This document shows, piece by piece, positions 1 to 9,555 of a stretch of DNA of 33,934 bases. This DNA is from a virus. Its lineage: Duplodnaviria > Caudoviricetes. Positions within the stretch are counted from its first letter, which is position 1; every line of letters starts with the position of its first letter. The position numbers and the translations under genes are program-made. The notes beneath the pieces were generated by a model, which saw only the letters and a list, made by a program, of their open reading frames with translations, ran no database searches and was not told the DNA's origin. Location: positions 1-33,934 of IMG/VR virus record IMGVR_UViG_3300028765_000034. The stretch is one strand, 5' to 3'.

Positions 1-2
1 TC

Positions 3-3000
3 AATGGCCCAGCCAATGATTTTGCCAAGAAATTCGGGCTGAAAGAGCGCAACGGAGATACTGTCTCGCGCTCTGAGATGATGGCCAACAAGGCGCTGCT
101 TGAGCACTACGGAAAAGACAGCGGACTCTTCAAGACGGAGATGCAGGCCATAATTACCGATGCGCAGGGAAACCCAGTTGGAGCCCCAATTAAAATTTCT
201 AATCCATCAGCCGCCGAAGGCTCATGGACGCATACGACCGACGAGAGCGGAAATCCAAAGATCACCCAGACTCGGGGATATGGCCAGATTCCAGACGAAA
301 TACAAGGTGTTACAATTCCTTCCGGCGGACAAGTCCACGTCGAGAACCAGTTCGTCTATCAGCCTGATGGCGAGACTCCAATTCTCAACAGCCCCAAGGA
401 TGTCAAAAATATCCTGAAAGCTCGCGGAACACTCATTCGTGATGCCATCGACAATACTCCTGATGTAGGGGCTCCAAACCGATTCCGCGCAGTCAGTGCC
501 GATGGTCTTACCTACAAAGGCACGATGACGCCTCTCCAGATCAAGGCGATCCAAGCCCTTCCAGAATCGATTGTTCCACGGTCTATCAAGGAAAAGATTC
601 TCACGCTGAATGAGGCGATCGCACGCAACGATGGCAGCAGGTTCATTGGCGACTACGCATCGCGCATCGACAAGAATGGCCGCTACGTTCCGTTCTCCTC
701 GAAGCACATCGACTTTATCCCGGTCGGCATGCATTTCAGCAAGGATGGTCACTTCCTTGTCACCACCATTTCCGTAAGCCGTATGTTTGACAAGCTGGCT
801 GCATGGAGAGACCGCATGCCAGCACGCCTTGCCCCATGGGGAGGCGATGCGGAGAAGTTCTTCAACGAGATGGTGTCTGACTACCTCAAGAACTGGCAGG
901 AGGGCAGGAAGGGTGCTGAAGGGCTCGATCCAGACCCTCAGGTCGCTCAGGCCAAGGCAAACATCTACAACGATTTCCTGAACATCTACGACAACGCGAA
1001 CGAGGGCTCCAATCCTGACCGTACTCGCCTTCCAAAGAAGACCGGGAAACTTACCAAGGAAGAGCGCCGTGACAATGCCAGCAGCGACGCAAACACGATT
1101 GTCCGCTCGCGCAGGCTCGACGCATTTGCTGACCTGATCCCTCATGCTGGGCCAAAGATTCCGATCGACTACGAGAAGGCGAAGATCAACTGGATGCCAG
1201 CTCGCTACTCCCCGGCCAAAGACCGCGAAGAATACCCAACATCCGAAGAGGGCCTGTACAGCAACCTCCAGAAAACGATCGACGCCAAAATCCAAGGCAA
1301 GGCCGCATCTCCCGAACAACTCAAGGCCCTGATTAATAATCCTCAGTCTGGAATCAAGCAGGAAGAGATCAAGTGGACTGGCGTGAACGACGCCATTGAT
1401 CGCATTGCAGCAGAGAATGGCGGGAAGGTTCCCAAGCAGGCGCTGATGGACTATCTTCGCAACGAGGGGGCCGTGAAGCTGGAGCGAGTTAATCCGAGCG
1501 GGAAGGAGTTCACTGACGATCAAATATCTGAAGGAAATTTTGAACTCAGGGATTATGGGGTTAGGGCCATTTCTCGCGGAAATTATGTTAATCTCTTTAA
1601 GACGGGATCGCATCAGGCAGTGGATTACGACGACCTTCCGCCAGACGCCCAAGATGTGTACGACAGGCATTTCAGTGAAGGCCCTGTCGGAAAGTACAAG
1701 CATTACTCGGTGCCAAGTGGGACGAATTATCAGGAGCATGTTTTGAAGATAACTCAAAATATCGCAAAGCAAGAAGCCGACGAGCTTCAATACCGACAGT
1801 CACTGAAAGACAAATACGGCGCGGGGAATGTTATCCGGCTTGCAACCCCAGAAGAAATCAAAAAGCTAGACTCGCTCGGAAAGCCAATCAGGGAAGCCGC
1901 TCAAAATTCCTTTACAGACACAGTGCATTATCCCGGCCTGTCGGGTTATGTCGCACACTCCAGAAGGGCCGACAATGTGATTAACGGAGAGCGCGGGTTG
2001 CTGCTTGAGGAAATGCAGGCAACCGGCCACCAGCGAGCAAGAAAAGAAGGCTATCGGCAGGACAGGGACGCGGAGCTGGCGTCGTTAAAGCAGGAAATGG
2101 ATTCACTTCCTGATGATGTCGGCTCGGAACCCAAGAGGCTCGAAATAAGACAAAAGATGAGGGAAGTCATGGCTGGCCCCGTGGGAATACCCGACATGCC
2201 CTTCAGGAGCACTGGTGACTGGATCACTCAACTATTCAAGCGCTCCCTGATCGACGCCGTGAAGGACGGCAAGAAATGGCTAGGCTGGGTAGGCGGAGAA
2301 GAGCAGGCTGATCGCTACGATTTGAGCAAGCAAGTTGATCGCGTTGAATACACGCTCAATGACGACGGAACCGCCAATTTCAGCGCTATTGGAAATGATA
2401 GCTTTTCTGATTTGATGTCGAAAGATCATGCGTCCAAGCAAGATGTTGCTGAAGCCTTGGGAAAAGAGGTTGCAGAGTCAATGTTCAACGACGAAGGAAT
2501 GGAAGACGAGAGCTTTGGCGAAGGAGTGAAGGCGCTCACAGGCCATCAACTCAAGGTCGGCGACGAGAAAATGAAAAAATTCTATGACGTTCAGGCCCTG
2601 AATGAGATCAAGAAATTCCTCAAGAAAATCGATCCGTCCGCAACGGTCGAGCAAACTGAAATCCCCAAAGAATCAGGCGAAGGATTTGGTCTCGGCGGAA
2701 AGCCCCGCAAAGGCGATGTGCCGATGGTGAAAATATGGAAGGTCAGCATCACTCCCGAAATCGCTCGCGTCGTGAAAGAGCAGGGACTTCCTCAATTCTC
2801 ACCAGCGAGGGAAGAGAGTGAAAAAAACCTCGTCGCGGTTCACAATACGACAGAGAAAAAAATTGAGCAGGCGCTCAAGATTGGAGGATTTGCAGCTCCG
2901 TCAATGGCTATTATCAGGAGCGACAAATCCCCGTACTCAAGCTTTGGAGACATTACCCTCGTCGCTCATCCTGACCTTGTTGACCCCCAGGCAAATAAGC

Positions 3001-4181
3001 ATTCCAGGGTGTTTAATGCGGATATTTACAGCCCAAGATACCCATCCATCAACTACAGCCTTCCCGCCGATCAGGCCAAGAAGCTATGGAAAGCAATTAA
3101 CGAAAAGCTGCCGGACATGCCAAGCGGAAAAAAGCCATTCTGGTCGCTGGATACAGACCGGAGGGATAAGCCAATCAACGAAGAGCTGCGCAATAATTAT
3201 GCCGTACAAATGGCCTTCCTGAACGATACCGACAACCTGGATAAGGTTAAGTGGAAGCTGGCAGAAAATCCAAGGTATCAGGACAATGTTGACCAAGCCG
3301 CCATTCGTGATGCCGTGACTCCTTGGGGAGAAACGGAGGGGATTGGAAAGCAATACGAAGCATGGCTCGACAATCTCATTTCCAAAAACCACATCTCCGA
3401 GAAAGAAGAAATCTTCAAGGGACACACGCCATCAGGTAGCCGAAAATATATTCCCCATTCGCTGGATAATGTCGTGAAGATGATGACAAAAACCATCCGA
3501 GATGGAGAAGGGTTCAGTTATGGCGTCCCAAGCATTCGTAGTAATGTTGCCAAGCAGTTCAAGGCCATGAAAGACATCGCCAAGAGCAGGGAGCATGTCG
3601 TGACTAAGGAGGAAATGGAATCCCTAAAGAAAGAGGTGAATGAAGAATTTCAAGAGCTTGCAGACAAGGCAATGCCAATGAGGCAAAATCAAGGAAGAGT
3701 CGGATTTGGACAGCTTGAGGCATTTTCAGACGACCTGAAGGCACTGGCTGATGGAGATATGGCGCACTTGCGCGAAATGTATCCAGACGGAGCCCCGTTT
3801 CAAGAGTGGCGCGTATATCTGGAAAAGCTGAGAAACCTCCCAACGGAATACTTTGAGTCGAAGATCCAGCGAGGCGTGCAACTAAATGAGTTTTCCGGCG
3901 CTATTGTTCCTGATGATACTTCGGAGGGAATGCTTTCAAAGCTCAAGGGTCTCGGGCTCCAGGTTAGAACTTATCCAGCAGGAGATCAGGAAGCAAGGCA
4001 GGGCGCAGTCCGAGACCTCTCTGGATCAATGGATGTGCATTTCCAGCCAGCAAGAAATAGTCAGCCGTCTTCCGCGAATGACGCGATAGAAAAGGCACTG
4101 AAGGTACTGGAGGATATTAAGAGAGAGGGGGCGATGCGGGGCGCGTCTATAACCCCACAGCCAGACAAGAATCGCCAGTAG
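3..4181 (+). CDS. Giant modular polyvalent/internal-virion-type protein, 5'-truncated by the window
   Basis: Frame is open from nt 3 to the TAG ending at 4181. Modules are separated by [WYF]xPA[RK] linkers. The middle module (GIKQEEIKWTG...HSR...EEMQ...PF...W...FYD) and the last module (VAVHN...GGFAAPSMA...FGDITL...YFESK) resemble domains of phage large polyvalent proteins. Confidence 0.7.
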   Translation, partial: NGPANDFAKKFGLKERNGDTVSRSEMMANKALLEHYGKDSGLFKTEMQAIITDAQGNPVGAPIKISNPSAAEGSWTHTTDESGNPKITQTRGYGQIPDEIQGVTIPSGGQVHVENQFVYQPDGETPILNSPKDVKNILKARGTLIRDAIDNTPDVGAPNRFRAVSADGLTYKGTMTPLQIKAIQALPESIVPRSIKEKILTLNEAIARNDGSRFIGDYASRIDKNGRYVPFSSKHIDFIPVGMHFSKDGHFLVTTISVSRMFDKLAAWRDRMPARLAPWGGDAEKFFNEMVSDYLKNWQEGRKGAEGLDPDPQVAQAKANIYNDFLNIYDNANEGSNPDRTRLPKKTGKLTKEERRDNASSDANTIVRSRRLDAFADLIPHAGPKIPIDYEKAKINWMPARYSPAKDREEYPTSEEGLYSNLQKTIDAKIQGKAASPEQLKALINNPQSGIKQEEIKWTGVNDAIDRIAAENGGKVPKQALMDYLRNEGAVKLERVNPSGKEFTDDQISEGNFELRDYGVRAISRGNYVNLFKTGSHQAVDYDDLPPDAQDVYDRHFSEGPVGKYKHYSVPSGTNYQEHVLKITQNIAKQEADELQYRQSLKDKYGAGNVIRLATPEEIKKLDSLGKPIREAAQNSFTDTVHYPGLSGYVAHSRRADNVINGERGLLLEEMQATGHQRARKEGYRQDRDAELASLKQEMDSLPDDVGSEPKRLEIRQKMREVMAGPVGIPDMPFRSTGDWITQLFKRSLIDAVKDGKKWLGWVGGEEQADRYDLSKQVDRVEYTLNDDGTANFSAIGNDSFSDLMSKDHASKQDVAEALGKEVAESMFNDEGMEDESFGEGVKALTGHQLKVGDEKMKKFYDVQALNEIKKFLKKIDPSATVEQTEIPKESGEGFGLGGKPRKGDVPMVKIWKVSITPEIARVVKEQGLPQFSPAREESEKNLVAVHNTTEKKIEQALKIGGFAAPSMAIIRSDKSPYSSFGDITLVAHPDLVDPQANKHSRVFNADIYSPRYPSINYSLPADQAKKLWKAINEKLPDMPSGKKPFWSLDTDRRDKPINEELRNNYAVQMAFLNDTDNLDKVKWKLAENPRYQDNVDQAAIRDAVTPWGETEGIGKQYEAWLDNLISKNHISEKEEIFKGHTPSGSRKYIPHSLDNVVKMMTKTIRDGEGFSYGVPSIRSNVAKQFKAMKDIAKSREHVVTKEEMESLKKEVNEEFQELADKAMPMRQNQGRVGFGQLEAFSDDLKALADGDMAHLREMYPDGAPFQEWRVYLEKLRNLPTEYFESKIQRGVQLNEFSGAIVPDDTSEGMLSKLKGLGLQVRTYPAGDQEARQGAVRDLSGSMDVHFQPARNSQPSSANDAIEKALKVLEDIKREGAMRGASITPQPDKNRQ

Positions 4182-4295
4182 GGCCAAGCGACCAAAATCC
4201 TTGAAACGATCAACAAAGTAAGACATCATTGGTCATTGAAAAACATTTGACTCGATAAGAACGAAGGAAAATTTAACCACAAAAATCACCACGAC

Positions 4296-6674
4296 ATGAG
4301 CGCAGATAAAACCCCCAAAAGCCTTGCAGACATCAAAGACCCAAAGGATGTAGTCTGCATCATGGTGGATAATGGCATTTTTGGACATTTTGCCGAGCGC
4401 CTAGCAAAGACGTACAAGAAGGTTTACTTGGTTACTCCCTGGATTAGCGCCTTCCCGAAATTCAATCTAACGCACGTTGGGTACGGCGTTGAGAATGTTC
4501 ACATCGTTGATTCAATTTATGGCCCTCACTTTCTGGAGGCGGATTTGTTTTTTTATCCAGATATTTATTTTGGGCCGGAGCAGGAGCATCTTATCAGCCT
4601 CGGAAAGAAGGTGTGGGGATGCCGCACGGGGGAATGCCTTGAACTCTCCAGGCGCGGGATGAAGTCCATTCTCACCGCGCTTGATCTGCCGGTTGGAAAG
4701 TTCGCCCATATTGTCGGCATGGATAATCTTAGGGCCTATCTTAAAGAGCATAATAATGTCCATGTTAAAATCGACAAACACAGAGGGTCTTTTGAAACAT
4801 TTAAGTCAACTAACTATGATTACGTTATGCCTAAGCTGGACGAGATCGAGTGTTCGCTTGGCGCATTCAAGACAATCGTGCAATTCACGGTCGAGGACGA
4901 CCTTCCTGATTGTGTAGAGCTTGGAACTGATGCTTTTGCCATTACCGGCGCTGATGGGGTTTGTCAATACCCATCTAAACTAATATCAGGAATAGAGATA
5001 AAAGATGTTGGTTTTCTCGCGAAATATACAAAATATACAGACCTCCCAAAACAGCTAACTGAGTTTAATGAGGCCATCAAGCCGGTTCTGGCCGCATATG
5101 ACTGGAGAGGATTCTTCTCTACCGAAGTCCGCATCGCGCAAGGCGGCAAAAATTACATGATTGATTTTTGCTTCGACAACGAGACCGAAGTGCTCACGCA
5201 TGACGGCTGGAAGCTATTTGCTAACTCTACGGCATCCGATAAATTTGCCACGCTCAATCTCGACAGGTTAGAGACAGAATATCAGCAGGCGAGCCGATAT
5301 ATTGAATACCCCTATCAGGGAAAAATGATTCATATCAGCAATCGCAAAAAATCAATTGAGTGCCTCGTTACGCCAGAGCATGAAATTCTGAGAACAGATA
5401 GAGGCAAGAATCGAATCTTTAAGGAGCGAGCCGACTCACTTACGGACAAGGGGTTTATTCCTCGCGTCGCTCCTTATTATGGCGGCAGCGACGAGCCATT
5501 CTTTGTGCTTCCAGCATACCATCATGAGTGGGATTTTATAGGTCAATACGGGCACAAGATTTGCACGAAGGCAAAAGATTGCCCGGAAGTTAAAATTCCC
5601 ATTAAGGATTGGGCGGCATTTATGGGATGGTATCTTTCTGAAGGATCGACATCCAATAGTTATGTGACGCAGATTTCGCAGACCAAGCTGGTGGCTGAAT
5701 GTGAGGAGGTTCTGGATCGTCTTCCGTTCGACTTTGATTATGACGGAAATATGTTCCGGTGCAGCAATGTGCAGCTCGCCACCTACCTGAAGAAATACGG
5801 ACTGTGCGATAAAAAATATATCCCCGACTATATCCGTCACGCAAAAAAGGATGTGATCGAGGCATTCCTGCTGGCATTTTCGATGGGCGACGGAAGCTAT
5901 TTGACTGACAGAGATAAGTATTACACTTCGTCAAAGGTAATGGCAGACCAATTACAGGAGCTTATCTTCAAGATCGGAAAGCTTGCCAACATTCACGTTC
6001 GGAAAACCAAAGGAACCCAAACAACAGGGTTTGTAAAAAACTACACCCGCAAGCACGATATGTACGTTCTTGAGGTTCATGATTCATTCACGGATTTCTG
6101 GTTTGAAACCCAGGCCCGCAAGTCGCAATACATCAACGAGGTCGATTATGACGGAACAGTGCATTGCGTTACCGTTCCAAACGGAACGCTGTATGTGCGC
6201 AGAAACGGAAAGCCATTCTGGGCGTGCAACTGTGCGCGAGCCCCATCTCCGCCAGGAGAACTCTACTGTGAAATGTACAGTAACTTGCCCGAGGTCGTCT
6301 GGGCTGGCGCTAACGGGATTCTCCTTGAGCCAGAGAGCGAATTTTCTCACGGCGTCGAACTGATGCTTCACAGCTCTTTTGCCGACAGTGGATTCCAACC
6401 AATTTCCTTTCCGAAAGAAATTGAGCGGTTTGTAAAAATCAGAAACCACTGCGTCATTGATGATGTTCATTATGCTATCCCGCAGGCCGTAGGTCTCCCT
6501 GAGTGCGGGGCCGTCATCGGCATGGGAAATAGCATTGAAGAGGCAATGGATCACGCGGTCGAAAATTCCGAGCAGGTCACGGGATACTACCTGGAGGCCA
6601 AGACCGGAGCAATCGACGACATCAAGAAGCAGCTTGATATTATGGACGAGAGAGGGTTGAACTATTTCAAATAG
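4296..6674 (+). CDS. PurD-like ATP-grasp ligase precursor containing an intein (438 aa after splicing)
   Basis: VWG...LELSRRGMKSIL...LPV, VKID, and spliced GFFSTEVRI...YMIDF/CARAPSP match the PurD/ATP-grasp IEFNxR region. C-terminal GAVIGMGNSIEEA resembles the PurD C-domain. Confidence 0.75.
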   Translation: MSADKTPKSLADIKDPKDVVCIMVDNGIFGHFAERLAKTYKKVYLVTPWISAFPKFNLTHVGYGVENVHIVDSIYGPHFLEADLFFYPDIYFGPEQEHLISLGKKVWGCRTGECLELSRRGMKSILTALDLPVGKFAHIVGMDNLRAYLKEHNNVHVKIDKHRGSFETFKSTNYDYVMPKLDEIECSLGAFKTIVQFTVEDDLPDCVELGTDAFAITGADGVCQYPSKLISGIEIKDVGFLAKYTKYTDLPKQLTEFNEAIKPVLAAYDWRGFFSTEVRIAQGGKNYMIDFCFDNETEVLTHDGWKLFANSTASDKFATLNLDRLETEYQQASRYIEYPYQGKMIHISNRKKSIECLVTPEHEILRTDRGKNRIFKERADSLTDKGFIPRVAPYYGGSDEPFFVLPAYHHEWDFIGQYGHKICTKAKDCPEVKIPIKDWAAFMGWYLSEGSTSNSYVTQISQTKLVAECEEVLDRLPFDFDYDGNMFRCSNVQLATYLKKYGLCDKKYIPDYIRHAKKDVIEAFLLAFSMGDGSYLTDRDKYYTSSKVMADQLQELIFKIGKLANIHVRKTKGTQTTGFVKNYTRKHDMYVLEVHDSFTDFWFETQARKSQYINEVDYDGTVHCVTVPNGTLYVRRNGKPFWACNCARAPSPPGELYCEMYSNLPEVVWAGANGILLEPESEFSHGVELMLHSSFADSGFQPISFPKEIERFVKIRNHCVIDDVHYAIPQAVGLPECGAVIGMGNSIEEAMDHAVENSEQVTGYYLEAKTGAIDDIKKQLDIMDERGLNYFK
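5169..6230 (+). mobile_element. Intein with LAGLIDADG homing endonuclease (354 aa)
   Basis: Block A CFDNETEVLTHDGW, block B VTPEHEIL, LAGLIDADG blocks FMGWYLSEGS and FLLAFSMGDGS, blocks F/G VHCVTVPNGTLYVRRNGKPFWACN followed by +1 Cys. Confidence 0.93.
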
Positions 6675-7111
6675 TGACCCCCTCATTCTCCGCTCGCATC
6701 CTCCCTCCTTCCGCCATGCCGTATCAAACGGCGGGCGATTGGAAGATTGACCAATGGGGCAACATCACGGCCTCATGCGCCCACCTACCAGGGATGGACG
6801 CATCGGTAACGCTTGTAATGTGCCACGAGGTCATTGAGGCCATCCTCTGCCGTCACCTCGGCATCTCCGAGCAATCCGTCACCGACTTCGACACCTCCCA
6901 TCTTGAACTCGACGAACCAGGCGACTCGCCGCACGCCCCCTATAACGCGGCTCACATGGCCGCAATGGACTTAGAACGTCGCCTCTGCGAATACATGAAC
7001 CTCCCCTGGGAACAACACGAACAAAACGTCGCCCAGATCGCGGACGCAGTTGACATCGCCCTACAAAGTAAGACATCCGAACCTCCCCCAACCAACGACT
7101 TCCTGCCGTGA
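6674..7111 (+). CDS. Putative zincin-like metalloprotein (HExxE)
   Basis: YQTAGDW, CHEVIEAILC, EPGDSPHAPY...H...A...ER motifs. The GTG start overlaps the upstream stop. Confidence 0.6.
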   Translation: MTPSFSARILPPSAMPYQTAGDWKIDQWGNITASCAHLPGMDASVTLVMCHEVIEAILCRHLGISEQSVTDFDTSHLELDEPGDSPHAPYNAAHMAAMDLERRLCEYMNLPWEQHEQNVAQIADAVDIALQSKTSEPPPTNDFLP

Positions 7112-7395
7112 ACTTCCGCCGCATCACCTCTGCGGTCATTCTCGGCAAACGCTACACCTTCGGCTTCGGATTCCCCGGCTCCCAAAAGCGCATCGTGGAC
7201 GACGGTGCGTGCCAGTACCACAACAGGCGCGTCATCATCCGATCCAAAGATCGCGGGCGAAGCGAGTCGCTACTAGAGTGCGTGATCCACGAAGCACTTC
7301 ACGCACGCTTTCCTGACCTCTCCGAAGAGGCCGTTGACGACTTCGCCAAGCTGGCAACCAAGGTATTTACCAGGATGAGTGCCCATGAAAAATAA
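7108..7395 (+). CDS. Small HExxH zincin-like metallopeptidase
   Basis: DGAC...RRVII...LECVIHEALHARFPDLSEEAV. GTGA overlap with the upstream gene. Confidence 0.7.
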   Translation: MNFRRITSAVILGKRYTFGFGFPGSQKRIVDDGACQYHNRRVIIRSKDRGRSESLLECVIHEALHARFPDLSEEAVDDFAKLATKVFTRMSAHEK

Positions 7396-7446
7396 TTAAA
7401 AATAAATCTTGTAACCCAAGCAGCTTGGGTTTATGGTCTGTCTCGT
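7388..7446 (+). promoter_or_regulatory. Sigma70-like promoter with palindromic operator
   Basis: A-rich UP element, TTGTAA(7409)-N17-TATGGT(7432), and palindrome AACCCAAG-cag-CTTGGGTT at 7413-7431. Confidence 0.7.
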
Positions 7447-7472
7447 AGTCAACAAATCAATCAATCAATCCA

Positions 7473-7751
7473 ATGAATAAAGTAGCCGTAACGCGGAAGA
7501 TATTCAAAAAGACAGAAGGCGACCTGATCTTAAACTCTCCCGTATGGGAGCGGTTGGATTGTGGCTCTGCTTATGCCGAGTTGAATGGCTTAACTGGAGA
7601 TTGGTTCTGTTATGGCCAGAAAGGCAATGAGCGTTACCCGTATTTAGTTGAGACTGTCGCGCAGGCCGCTCGCTTCTGCGCCCGCATCGACCACTGGAAC
7701 GCGACCGGAGAAATCAAATCCATTCCTGTCAGTATTATCCCTAAAAAATGA
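7473..7751 (+). CDS. Hypothetical protein
   Basis: First ORF after the promoter, with an A/C-rich leader. Confidence 0.7.
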   Translation: MNKVAVTRKIFKKTEGDLILNSPVWERLDCGSAYAELNGLTGDWFCYGQKGNERYPYLVETVAQAARFCARIDHWNATGEIKSIPVSIIPKK

Positions 7752-8215
7752 GCGCATCAACCTACCTCGCCAAACTCTACGCCACCATCCAATCCATGAA
7801 ATCAAACAAACCTCCAATCAGCCTGTCCGATCCAGGCTGGATCATCTTTTCTGCCCAGAACCCCGGCGCGAAGAAGCTCGATAAATTTGAGAATCTTCGA
7901 CTCCATGAAAAGTTAATACTGGAGCTAAAATCGTGCGAGGCGGATTTCCAAGAGGTCGAAAGCGTCTATGGCGGAAATGTCGAGCCGGGCGTTCTTATCA
8001 GACATCGGAACCCATACGGAAAGCATCTGGCTGCACTGATCGCCACCCAGCGCCTTCAGGAGTCCGTCCTCACGGCGGATGGATTAATCTACCGAGACGG
8101 CTCCTGCCATAAGGCAACATCCATCTTCACCTATCCCGAAAAACCAAACGGCGATTACACAAGGATTGGAAACCAATACGTCGTCGTCACAATCGACTTC
8201 TTAAATAAAATCTAG
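7748..8215 (+). CDS. Probable SAM lyase (T3 SAMase/DUF3293-like)
   Basis: IIFSAQNP...ENLRLH...VYGG..E..VLI...QESVL...GLIY.DG follows the T3 SAMase motif pattern. Confidence 0.6.
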   Translation: MSASTYLAKLYATIQSMKSNKPPISLSDPGWIIFSAQNPGAKKLDKFENLRLHEKLILELKSCEADFQEVESVYGGNVEPGVLIRHRNPYGKHLAALIATQRLQESVLTADGLIYRDGSCHKATSIFTYPEKPNGDYTRIGNQYVVVTIDFLNKI

Positions 8216-8217
8216 CC

Positions 8218-8487
8218 ATGGACTTTACCATCTTCACTTGGATCGAGCACCTAGCAAGCGTAGGCAAAAAGGCCAATGAAATCCCCGTTGGCGAGCCAGT
8301 GGTTCAGCCCCTGTTCGGCAGGGAGCAATGGGAGAAAAATCTCGCAGAGATAGGCTGCAAGATGGCCAAAACAGCCGAAAAGGGAGGACACTCAAAATCT
8401 AACAACGTCGGGATCAGAAAAACAGGATTCGCCTTCATCCAATGGCAAGAAAACCACCCTCAACTACCAATGTTCCACAAATCATGA
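8218..8487 (+). CDS. Hypothetical protein
   Basis: Tightly packed ORF. Confidence 0.6.
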   Translation: MDFTIFTWIEHLASVGKKANEIPVGEPVVQPLFGREQWEKNLAEIGCKMAKTAEKGGHSKSNNVGIRKTGFAFIQWQENHPQLPMFHKS

Positions 8488-8834
8488 AACTCAACAACAT
8501 CTACATCGAATCACACAAAATCCCCATGGCTGTCGAGCAAGCAGCCAAGCTCATCCTGCGCCACTTCAATGTGGTATACGGCTACGGGTTCTGGGCCTTC
8601 ATGGGCATCTGCTCTCGCGATTGCGTCACGATCCTTGAGATCAAGAACGCCTCCCTTCGCGGCCAGCTCAAGGGCCTGCATCGGGCTCGCAGAACGCGGG
8701 AGAAGGAGTTGGAGGAGCAGGTAGAAAAGCTCAAGCAGTGCAACGCCGCTCTACGCGCCATGAACTTTATTGTGAAGTACCAGCGCGACGATGCCAAGAT
8801 GAAGCTCGGTCGCATCCGCAAATTCACACCATGA
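8484..8834 (+). CDS. Hypothetical coiled-coil protein
   Basis: ATGA overlap start at 8484, coiled-coil C-half. Confidence 0.6.
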   Translation: MKLNNIYIESHKIPMAVEQAAKLILRHFNVVYGYGFWAFMGICSRDCVTILEIKNASLRGQLKGLHRARRTREKELEEQVEKLKQCNAALRAMNFIVKYQRDDAKMKLGRIRKFTP

Positions 8835-9052
8835 ACAAACAACTGAAAATAGGCCGCAAGGCCACCATTACCAAAGGAGCCCTCTATGGATACAAGGGCG
8901 TCCTTAAAAGCAAGGCTATCTGTGCGAAGACCGGGGAGGAAGGGTTTCACTTAATGCTACCTCCCGATCGCTACCTTAATCGCTATCATCTCGTCTTCGT
9001 GACATCCGACATGCTGGAGCGTAAGCCCGGGCCGTCGAGAAATGACGCTTGA
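8831..9052 (+). CDS. Small KOW-motif-like protein
   Basis: LKIGRKATITKGALYGYKGVL resembles a KOW motif. ATGA overlap. Confidence 0.5.
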   Translation: MNKQLKIGRKATITKGALYGYKGVLKSKAICAKTGEEGFHLMLPPDRYLNRYHLVFVTSDMLERKPGPSRNDA

Positions 9053-9084
9053 CAATGTAATACAATCGCTGTATCCGCTCTTGC

Positions 9085-9324
9085 ATGGATCAGCGAATAA
9101 ATCAATCGGAATACGACCGCGCATACCAGAATGGTCTTGATGACATGCGCGAGCGGTTGATTGCGATGATCTATAACGAATACTCTGCGCAGAAAGGTTA
9201 TCACGGTAAAGACCACCATACCGTAGCAACCCTTAATGGCTTGATACTTGACATCCGCGAGGATCAAGGTAAAGAAATTGACGCGCTCAAAAACCACACA
9301 ATCAATCATGATCAAGCCAGCTAA
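9085..9324 (+). CDS. Hypothetical protein, probably leaderless
   Basis: TTGACA(9049)-N17-TATCCG-N7-ATG. Confidence 0.65.
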   Translation: MDQRINQSEYDRAYQNGLDDMRERLIAMIYNEYSAQKGYHGKDHHTVATLNGLILDIREDQGKEIDALKNHTINHDQAS

Positions 9325-9550
9325 TTTTCCCGCCTTCCCTCTCCTACCATTTCCCGGCGATGAAGAAAATCCCCCTCGCCCCGGAAACACAGGGATGAGC
9401 TGCCTTCACGTTTTTACTGCCGCCGCCCTTCCCGGTGTGATATGCTCTATCGACGAGAAAGCTACCCGCGAAGACATCGCTAAGGAAGCTGTTGATATTG
9501 CTGAAGCAGCAATGTCTGAAGTCGCACAACGCCAAGCCCGCCGCCGCTAA
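9308..9550 (+). CDS. Conserved phage hypothetical protein
   Basis: PAFP...GMS...FTAAAL...IAKEAVDIAEA pattern, common in small phage proteins. Confidence 0.65.
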   Translation: MIKPANFPAFPLLPFPGDEENPPRPGNTGMSCLHVFTAAALPGVICSIDEKATREDIAKEAVDIAEAAMSEVAQRQARRR

Positions 9551-9555
9551 ACCCC

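Noticed and set aside
222-1790. 522-aa - strand ORF
   Set aside because: Antisense to the giant protein; explained by codon bias.
4296-6674. Assigning the symbol purD
   Set aside because: Lacks the PurD N-terminal GxGGREH motif, has an altered catalytic motif, and no purine-pathway neighbours.
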